From NCBI RefSeq assembly GCF_006345805.1, contig NC_043006.1, positions 24,118,001-24,182,000 of the forward strand: DNA of 64,000 nt. The letters are read 5' to 3'. Source of the stretch: Octopus sinensis (Eukaryota). Positions within the stretch are counted from its first letter, which is position 1, and each line of letters opens with the position of its first letter. A program made the position numbers and the translations under genes. The notes beneath the pieces were generated by a model. It saw only the letters and a program-made list of their open reading frames with translations, did not search any database and had not been told where the DNA came from. Shown here in pieces: positions 54,590 to 64,000 of this stretch.

Positions 54590-56040
54590 CAAATAAAGCA
54601 ATTAGAAATCCATATTTTTTCAATCAATAAACATAAATAAATTACTCCATTAAATAAATATTATACTTAACTTTCTGGAAATATTTATGAAATAAAAAAT
54701 AAAAAATTTCAAAACTAAAAACGTATTACTTTTCGTTTATAAATTTATTTGTGAAAAAAGGTACTTATTATTAAATTCAATAGTACTAAATATAAAAAAA
54801 ACTTTACTCTACCTATTCTAAAAAATTTTACGTTACATTCTAATTCACAAAGTAACCAAGCTAATACTTTTTGATTTTAGTTCACATATAATAATTATAA
54901 TAATAAGAATAATTAAATAAATTTTTAAAAAATTAAAAAAAAAAAAAAATTCTGTTGGCTAGTTTTCCTCGATTTCAGCACGTATTTATAGTCAATGTAT
55001 AATGAAATGTGAAAATTGACGATTTAAAGTCTGTTATCAGCATATTGGCATGGAAATAATTTTTCTTTTGCTCTTGTTTATAAGTTATATATATATATAT
55101 ATAGATAGATATGTATGTGTGTATGTATATATATAATAATAATATTAAGGAGTATAACTTCAAACTTACAGGGAAAAATTCAATTTAGTATTAAATCAAA
55201 TTTCACAATATAAATACATAATATATAAATTAGAGAAAAACCACTATTATGCAATTCAAAAAATGATAGACATAAACCAAATCATAAATAAAAATGAATA
55301 ATCAATATATAATAAGTAAAAAAGCTATGTACGTTTCATGGCTATAATTAAATTCGAATTCCAATTAAAGTTAAATTTAATCGAAAAGCAATTCAATTTA
55401 AAATTATGGTCACTCTTCAGGTTAACAATGATAGTTAAATAAATAAGCAAATAGGGTTAAACAATAGTTATTAAAAAAATAAAATAATGATTTTTTCTTA
55501 TAGAAGAAACTCCATTAACTAAATTTGAAACTCAAAACATTAGGATCAGTTGCCTACAATACATTTATTATGTTAAATATCTAAGGTAAAAAAATAGAGT
55601 AAATAGATAGAAAAATGTATTTATCTGTGAAGATATGATTTAGTTTAATAAAAAACATTAATAAACTATAGAATATCTTTAACCTAGTTATACTCTAATA
55701 TTTAATTACGAAACTATTTTACAAAACAATCACTCTTAATATTTTCTGATTTTAGTTCACACATAATAATTATAAAATAATAAATATATAAAAATAAGTA
55801 TCTAGACTATAATGAGCAAATATAGTAATTAAAAATCCATATTTTTTTCTATCAATAAACATATAAACGGTAAATAAATTAGTCCATTATTATTTAAATA
55901 TTATAGATATCTTTCGAAAATATTTATGAAATAAAAAATAAGGAAAGAAAAATTCCAAAGTAAAAACGTATAACTTATCTTTATGAAATACTTATTACTA
56001 TTATTATTAAATGTAATAGTACTATAAATATAATAAGACT
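54590..56040. repeat. Extremely AT-rich region with a diverged direct duplication
   Basis: 54600-54800 resembles 55830-56040; 54865-54900 resembles 55745-55780. Confidence 0.65.
55322..55430 (-). ncRNA. Degenerate hammerhead-like motif with a long stem II
   Basis: CUGAAGA-GUGACCAUAAUU...AAUUAUAGCCAU-GAAA-CGU-A; stem I poorly paired. Confidence 0.4.
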
Positions 56041-56576
56041 AGAAATGTAATAAGAACTTTTAGTCAAGTTAAAAAATAATTTCCAAATTTCATAATTTGT
56101 ACTTTTGTACATTTAGTACTTTTGACTTAGTTTTGGATCATTAAAAAAATTACTAAAATTTGGGAGTTAAGGCCCCCATTAGGGTGTCTTAGAATCCTCA
56201 TGTGAAGTGGAAACTTTGAGAATACTTCTTGATGTGTGTCAATTACCCATAGTTGAAATTTCATCAACATCGAAAATTTATGAATTTAAGCCATCTGAAA
56301 TTCAAACCAAACATATTGCATTATACCCGCCCTTATGCATTGAATCTAAGTTTCAAATATCATAAGGATCCATTCAGTAATTTTGGTCCATGAAATTGTA
56401 TGAAACATACAGCATTTTCCTTCTCCCTAGGCTTCGATTTTGTGTTCCAAATTTCATTATGATCGGTGCAGCAGTTTTCAAATGTATAAGTAATACACGA
56501 ACACATAAAGACATTGTCTTTGATATAATAAATATGACTGTGTATATATATATTTATATATGTGCGTGTGTGTGTG

Positions 56577-56627
<51 letters not shown>

Positions 56628-56629
56628 AA

Positions 56630-56882
56630 GATAAATTGATAGATACAGCTGAGTGGTCAAACAAAAATATGAGACATGAGACACAGCGTAGTGCTTTTTT
56701 TATGTTGATAAGCCTGGTACTTATTCTATTAGTTTATTCTTGTAAAACCAGTAAGTTATGGGGATGTAAATAAACGAACAGCAGTGATGAGGGTGAAACA
56801 CAGAAACAGTCACACACGTACACTTAAATATATACATACATATATACACGATTGATTTGTTTAAGTTTTGTCTACGAAATCC

Positions 56883-56948
<66 letters not shown>

Positions 56949-57345
56949 GTAACACACACACACACACACACAAAGATAAATTGTGTAGGCAAACAAAAAT
57001 ATGAGATACTGCCTAGTGGGTTTTTTTTATTTTGATAAGCCTGGTACTTATTCTATCAGTTTCTTCTTGTGAAACCAGTAAGTTATGGGGATGTAAATAA
57101 ACAAACACCAGTTGTGAGGTAGTGATGAGGGAGAAACACAAAGATACACACAGAGACTTACATATATATATATACATACATATATATACGATTGATTTCT
57201 TTCAGTTTCTGTCTACAAAATCCACTGACAAGGCTTTGGTTGGTCTGAGGCTATAGCTGAAGACGCATTCCAAGTCACCACCCAGTGGGACTGAACCCAG
57301 GACCATGTATTTTGGAACGAAGTTTGTTACCACACAGCCACACCT
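56630..57345 (-). mobile_element. SINE with a tandemly duplicated 3' part
   Basis: gataagcctggtacttattctat...gtaagttatggggatgtaaataaac at ~56708 and ~57033; head at ~57345. Confidence 0.75.
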
Positions 57346-57599
57346 GCATCTATGTATGTGTGTATGTGTGCATGGGTGTATATATGTATGCATGTATATA
57401 TGTGAATATATATGTGTACATATTACATGTACATCTGTATATATATACATCTACACATATACATGTATACATATACATCTATATGTATAGAAATAAATGT
57501 ATACATATACAGTTATACACACACACACATACATAGGTGCAGGTGTGGCTGTGTGGTAACAAACTGCGTTCCAAAACACATGGTCCTGGGTTTAAATTT

Positions 57600-57976
57600 A
57601 AATTGAATATTAATTTGATTAATATTAATTGAAAACCAGTGGTGTAGCATATAAAACCATAGCGGATCTTCTTCCAGCAAAATGGATATCCACTGTTAAT
57701 GGCTCATCTCTCATATATAATAGTTTGACTTTAATAGTTTCAGTATTAAAGTGAAAATATCTGACATTACAGTAGAAAGGTGTTTTTGTTTCACTTTTAA
57801 CACGTAATACTGAAATAGTGGAGAAGATATGATATTGCTTTGGGCTCACCCTAGGCAAGAAGTTAGACCCTAAGTAAGGCATGTGTAAAATTTTAATGAA
57901 ATTGGTTGTGTAGTTCTCAAGTTTTAGGGATTCACACAGACAGACAGACACACATTCTCAGTTTTATATATATAGA
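57600..57976 (-). mobile_element. Helitron-like 5' portion
   Basis: TCTATATATATAAAACTGAG start at 57976; internal block shared with 44160-44280. Confidence 0.55.
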
Positions 57977-58014
57977 TACCAGTACAAATTAGAAACAAAA
58001 ATAGGGTTAACTAT

Positions 58015-58335
58015 TCTGGCTATTTATTTAAAAATTTATTATATAAATAAAGTAATTTATGTCTACATTTAATTTCAAGCTCGTCCAATGAATTGACTAA
58101 TTTAATATGATTATTAAATATTATTTCTTTAAGTTCACTAGAACATAGTAAACAGGAATTACTACCTATACTATATGATTTCGCCTTGGAAACTATCTCC
58201 CACTTTAAATTATACTTAATTAATTGAGATTTAAGTTCCCATATATATTTACTAATCCGAGTAGTGTTCATAAGATTTCTATTCTTAAAGGAATGCATAT
58301 GCTCAGCATATGTCTATCATTGTTTGAATTGCATA
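58015..58335 (-). mobile_element. Penelope-like GIY-YIG C-terminal fragment
   Basis: HMHSFKNRNLMNTTRISKYIWELK...KAKSYSIGSNSCLLCSSE...KCRH. Confidence 0.8.
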
Positions 58336-58436
58336 ATAGTGGTTTTTCTCTAATTTATATATATCATATATATATATAGTATATATATATATATATATAT
58401 ATACCTGTAAATGTAATATGTGACAATTATTCGGTA

Positions 58437-58506
58437 GCCATGATAAAACTCTGAGTTTCGGATGCTGAGGTGGAAACCCACACCACCATCTCTTCAGTTA
58501 TCTGGC
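58437..58506 (-). ncRNA. Complete type I hammerhead ribozyme motif
   Basis: GCCA-GAUAA-CUGAAGA-GAUG...CAUC-C-GAAA-CUCAGAG-U-U/UUAUC-A-UGGC; stem I 5+4 bp, extended stem II, palindromic stem III. Confidence 0.75.
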
Positions 58507-58519
58507 CATTGGAAAAATG

Positions 58520-58984
58520 CTATGATAAATAATTGTTATACAAAGGGAAATTACTGTCTGATTGACCGTTGTTAAGACAAAAGTGCTATTTGAATGACCG
58601 CTAAGTGAGAGGAGGGAGTAAAAGTAAAGCATAAGCGCGCATATTCATACCTACACATGTGCGCCCGCACACATGTAGGACGTCCCGGATAAAAATTTAA
58701 AATGTCTCCCCAGAAGTACAGGTAGGCTGGATTGTAGCCACACTTCTATACAAGTGGGAGGACGAGATACAATTGATCGAATTTGCAAGAGATGGGCCTA
58801 CAATTCCAGTCTGTTATATATTTTGAGTATTGTTATCACTAGTGATGTCAAGAAATAACTTTGTATTTTGTATTTTATGTGTAGATGTATATATATAGAT
58901 GTATATTTAATATGTATATGTATATACACACATATATACATGCACTAGCACTATTACCAGGCAACAACGGGTCATAATGCTATG
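58520..58984 (+). mobile_element. Non-autonomous Helitron 3' portion
   Basis: 58760-58900 is the reverse complement of 43640-43775; end ccaggcaacaacgggtcataatgcta. Confidence 0.55.
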
Positions 58985-59198
58985 TATATACATATGTATG
59001 TATATATATCTATGTATATATATATGTATATATATATGTATGTGTATATATATGTATGTGTATATATATGTCTGTATATATCTATGTAATATATCTATGT
59101 ATATATCTTGTATATATATATGTATATATATATATTATGTATATATTATGTATGTATATTATATAATAATGTATATATATGTATATATATTGTAATAT

Positions 59199-59231
<33 letters not shown>

Positions 59232-59930
59232 GTATATATATATATGTATATATATATATGTATATATATGTGTATATATATATATATGTATATATATATG
59301 TGTATATATATATATGTATATATATATGTGTATATATATATATATATATGTATGTAATATATATGTATATATATATATATGTATATATATGTATATATAT
59401 ATAATATATATATGCTATATATATATATGTATATATATATATATAGTAATATATATCTGTATATATATAACTATGTATTTATATATGTATATATTATGTG
59501 TATATATATATATGTGTATATAATATGTGTATATTATAATGTATATATATATGAGCTGAAACTGGAATCAATCAATCAATCATATATATGTATAAATATA
59601 TATGTATATATATGTTAAATATATATGTATAAATATATATGTATATATTGTATAATATATATGTATATATATGTATAAATATATATGTATATATATATAT
59701 ATCTATCTATATATATATAATATATATATATATATATTATACATGTATGTCTATGTATATAGATACATGTAATGTCTATGTATATAGATATATGTATGTA
59801 TATGTATATAGATATATATATGTATGTATATGTATATAGATATATATATGTATGTATATGTATATAGATATATATATGTATGTATATGTATATAGATATA
59901 TATATGTATGTATATGTATATAGATATATA
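58985..59930. repeat. TA-rich microsatellite with a ~26-28-bp minisatellite at 59770-59930
   Basis: gtatatagatatatatatgtatgtatat repeated about 6 times. Confidence 0.9.
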
Positions 59931-59934
59931 CAGT

Positions 59935-60119
59935 TGCCATGATAGATCGTTAGCCACTACACACTTTTTTTTGCTCCTTGTTTTTTGAGTGTCCCTTTCT
60001 GTAGAAGTGTGTAGCCTCGAAATGTAAAAGACTTTTTCTATTTCTGAGCTTTATACTAATACATCTGTTTGTTTTGTACACCACCTGTCTTCATCTTTTG
60101 TTTTTTTTTTGTAAACTCC

Positions 60120-60120
<1 letters not shown>
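59935..60120 (+). mobile_element. Copy of the hammerhead-like TA-associated element
   Basis: gatagatcgttagccactacac...ctttctgtagaagtgtgtagcctcgaaatgtaaaag. Confidence 0.7.
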
Positions 60121-60161
<41 letters not shown>

Positions 60162-60354
60162 TATAATGGCTGGTCCCTCTGTTAGGATATGTAAATATAC
60201 ATATATATGTATATGTATATAAACATATATATGTATACATACGTATGTATATGTATATATACATGTGTATGTATATATACATATATATGTGTGTATATAT
60301 ATATATGTATTTATATATATATATATTTATGTATATATGTATGTATATATATGT

Positions 60355-62289
60355 ATATATGTTTAAAATCCTTTAAAATGTTTCAGTCCGAAGGCTGTGG
60401 CCATGCTGGGGCACCACAGTTGAATGAGCTACTCTTGCTGTGAGGTAGGTTCATCTGGGACCCCCGACAAGAAGAGATCCAGTTTAGTTTTAAAGAAACC
60501 CACATCCACACCATGCAAGTCTCTCAGGCATTTAGGGAGGATGTTGAAGAGCTGCGGTCCTCTGAAACCCAAGCTGTTGCAGTATCTGGTCCTGTATTTT
60601 GATGGTGATGTTGGTATCTTTGGCACCATGCCGTGGCGCCCTGTTCTGCGGTTGGGGTAACTTTGAATGCCAAAGTTTGGGACAAGACCCAGGATTTTCC
60701 AGATGTATATCACTGCATATCTCTCCCGTCTTCGCTCTAGGGAGAAGAGTTTTAATACTTTCAGTCTTTCCCAGTAGCTGATATGTTGCATTGAGACAAT
60801 CTTCTTAGTGTAGCTTCTTTGAATTGCTTCGTGTTCTGCTGTTAGCTTTATATTGTGTGGTGACCATAGTAGGGAGCAGTAGTCCAAGCGGCTGAGGAAG
60901 AAAGTTTTCCAAAGGACCATCAGTGTCTCCTTCTCTCTTGTTCTGAAAGTTTGGAGAATCCATCCAGCTAGCCATCTGCATTTTATCACCAAATTAGTAA
61001 TATGCACTTGCTCATGTCAGTACCCAGGTCACGCACTGATTTTAACTCAGGAATTACAATTCTTCCCAGGCCAGTGTATCCAGTCTGCATGTCGTTTACC
61101 TTTGTGTGTCGGTAGCACAGGGCCTGGAACTTACCTGCATTAAACTGCATGTTGTTGTCCTCAGCCCACCTGTATATTGTATCCAACACCTGTTGCAGAT
61201 GTGCAATATTTCCAGGGTTTTGTATTGTGTGGGAGACTTTTGTGTCATCTGCATAGCTAGCAAGGGTCACCATCTTAGCAACTGAGGGCATGTCTGAAAC
61301 GGCCACTATGAACAGCAGTGGCCCCAAGACAGTGCCCTGTGGAACACCGCTTGTTATTTGTGTTTCCTTGGAGGCGGCTCCATGGGCCACAACTGCCTTC
61401 TTTCTATATTTTAGGAAGTTGTGCAGCTACTCTCCAAGTTTTCTGCCTGTGCCGAGATTACGCAGTTTGTGACAGATCATACTAAGGTCGACTTTATCAA
61501 AGGCTTTTGCAAAGTCAAGATATATCGTATCTACATTTGAACCATTTAGTAGCTGTTTTAACACCCAGTCATAGTGTTGCAGGAGCTGTGTTAGGCAGCT
61601 TCTACCTGGTCGAAATCCATGCTTGGTGTCAGTCAGCAAGTAATTTTCTTCAAGGAACATGATTAGTTTCTTGTATATATATGTATGTATATATATATGA
61701 CTTTGCTGATGTGTGAGGTCAGAGAGATAGGCTTATAATTTTTATCATCTGCTCTGCTTCCTCCCTTATGGATAGGGTATATTACCCCCTCTTTCAGGAG
61801 CTTACCACTTGCAAGAGAGCTCTGAAAAAGAAGCTGTAGCAGTTTTGCAAGGTTTCGTTTGCACGATTTGAGAAGGATCGCTGGAAATCCATCAGGTCCA
61901 GCAGCTGTGTTTGTGTCAATCTTATCTATGGCCAGTGTGATATCATCATCTACAATCTTGATGTACTCAATTTTTGCCTCTTTGGCCACAGGTTGTTTAC
62001 TTGCCTGTGTTCTAGAGGTGTAGTGAACACACTTTGGAACTGTTCGTTCAGTATTTCACTTATCCTCGTGGGATTTCCTGTGAGAGAGCCATATTTTTTG
62101 AAGAGAGGTCCTATTCTCTGGCGTACTGTGGCTGTCTCTTTGGCAAACTTAAAGGAAGCTTTAGGGTTTGACTTGATATTTTCTATTACCCAAGCTTCTT
62201 TATCTGCTCTCTCTTTTTCATGAGACTGATGCAGACTTTTCTCAATTTCCATTAGCATTCTCTCGAGCCGAGACGTTTCACCACTTTTT
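60355..62289 (-). mobile_element. CR1-group LINE, same subfamily as 45375-47800, deleted and frameshifted
   Basis: SGVPQGTVLGPLLF, YADD, YLDFAKAFDKV, SLERRRERYAVIYIWKI. Confidence 0.92.
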
Positions 62290-62860
62290 GTCAAGTGAGT
62301 TGAGAAGGAGTTAATGACATTATGCAGTTTGGTAATGAAAAGCTAGCCAAAATTTTTATGTATAAAAAAGTATATACATGAACAACATGTATATTTTCGT
62401 ATAAACATGTATACACAAACAACATAAACATGCATACACACAGTTCATTGCGTTCTCACAACATTCTCCCCCACTAGAAAACAGAAGTCCGGGAGTTGAA
62501 TGGATAGGCACAGAATGTTTCAAACTTCTCTACTGCATAGATTATACTGTCTGGTTCGGAAGTAACTGAAAGATTCTCTTTTCCGAACATGCTGTTTATG
62601 AGGTGTCTGTTGTTCCTGCTGCTCAACACGTTGATTAATATTATCAGTCTCTGGAGTGTCTTGGGGAGTATGTTCAATGTTTACCTCATTACTTTCAGGT
62701 GATTTCGTAGTTTGTAGTTTTAAAGTACGTGTGTTAGGAGTTTTGTCAGTTTGTACAATCTCTTTATGGTTTTGTTGATCATTCACACATACAAACTCTC
62801 TTATACACACACATGCTCACCTTCGTTTTGGGATCACCACCACTTTGTTATATCCCCTTC
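62290..62860 (-). mobile_element. Probable LTR retrotransposon 3' end: polypurine tract and ~175-bp LTR
   Basis: Minus strand GGGGGAGAA then TGTTGTGAG (starting 62465) ending ...TTGACA (62290); Q/T/P-rich ORF tail upstream. Confidence 0.5.
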
Positions 62861-62869
62861 TCCCTAGCT

Positions 62870-63071
62870 TTCCTGTGTGACCCTTCTGTCCGGCCTTAGC
62901 CACGATAGATCGCTAGCCACTACACATTCTTTATTTCTCTCCTTGTTTCTTTCTGTAGAAGAGCGTAGGCTCAAAACGTTAAAAACTTTTTCACTTCCTG
63001 AGCGTTATACTAATACATCTGTTTGTTGTCTACACCACCTGTCTTTGTCTTTTGTTTTTTTTATGAATTCT

Positions 63072-63075
<4 letters not shown>
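62870..63075 (+). mobile_element. Copy of the hammerhead-like TA-associated element
   Basis: ctttctgtagaagagcgtaggctcaaaacgttaaaaac; ends aattctccc followed by (TA)n. Confidence 0.75.
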
Positions 63076-63127
<52 letters not shown>

Positions 63128-63249
63128 GTATGTATATAGTACAAAGTAAGATAGGGGTTATGAATTTTAAAAATTCACGATACAAGGTTCGAAATATAAA
63201 TATTCACATATATATATATATATGCACAAACAAAATATTTGCGTATGAG

Positions 63250-63630
63250 TTTATTAATCAGACAAACATAATCTAGATATTACTTAACGCATCCACGTAA
63301 CACAAACAAATTCGATTTTAGAATCCAAAATAGTAAATCCAAACTATATGTCTAAGCTGGGTTAGGTCCGCAATGTATATGTCTCTGTTATATGCATATT
63401 AAATTTATCTAGATATTATTTAATACATCCACGTTACGCGAATAAATCCAACTATAGAATCCAGAAAGTAAATCCAAACTTTATGTCTAAGCTGAGCTTA
63501 ATTCGCAATGTTTACGTTTCTGTTATGCATATTAAAATTAATACACCCACATATTCTAACAAATTCAATTTTAAAAACCAAAGTAGCAACTTTAAACTCC
63601 ATGTCAAAGCTGAATTTAGTCCAAAGGTTT
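63250..63630. repeat. Diverged ~136-bp tandem repeat (~2.5 units)
   Basis: tctagatatta at ~63272 and ~63408; tatgtctaagctg recurs. Confidence 0.7.
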
Positions 63631-64000
63631 ATGCTTGTATATATATATTTCGTTTTTGGATTTGGTTTGCAAGATTCTTTATATGAGTTCGTGTGTTGAA
63701 GCATATTCTGTTGTGTCTGGGGAGAGTCATTTTCTTTTTGTGCCTTACAATGTAACATTCTCTCTGGTAAAATTTCCACTTATTTCATATTTTTATTCTC
63801 CTAAAATTTTCGTTGCATCTTGCAACCTTTTCAATAGTCTTGACTCTGTCCGTTATTTACACTGCGTTCCCTTTTGTTTGTTTGTGCACATGTGTGTGGG
63901 TCAGTATGTGTGTGTGTGTGTGCCTATGCATGCATGTATGTATGTATGTGTGTTTGCATGTGTGTGTATGTATGTATATATATGTGTATGTGTGTGTGAG

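Noticed and set aside
54500-56050. Possible mitochondrial insertion (NUMT of rRNA or control region)
   Set aside because: Very AT-rich, but I find no conserved 12S/16S, tRNA or mitochondrial protein motifs; internal duplication and a Penelope-type motif fit nuclear repeats better

Overview
AT-rich eukaryotic genomic DNA made almost entirely of microsatellites and transposon remnants. The repeat content (RTE LINE with (GAT)n tail, tRNA-headed SINE, very long (TA)n/(TG)n arrays) looks like an octopus or other coleoid cephalopod genome; this is an inference, not verified. No host protein-coding gene can be supported, and most ORFs in the track are microsatellite translations or antisense shadows of TE ORFs. 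Recognisable elements are RTE, CR1-group and L1/Tx1 LINEs, several Penelope-like elements, Gypsy/LTR remnants, mariner, maT (DD37D) and pogo-like DNA transposons, many non-autonomous Helitrons (one with Pif1 helicase remnants) and a tRNA-derived SINE. The best signal is a set of type I hammerhead-ribozyme motifs. One is complete (58437-58506, minus strand). A tandem pair about 205 nt apart (22894-23134) has a retrozyme-like layout. A recurrent ~200-bp element next to TA repeats carries a variant CUGU(A/G)GA core. Several large inverted structures are also present: a near-identical inverted RTE pair, a perfect 35-bp hairpin, head-to-head Helitrons and a ~5-kb inverted duplication. All alignments and folds were done by eye.
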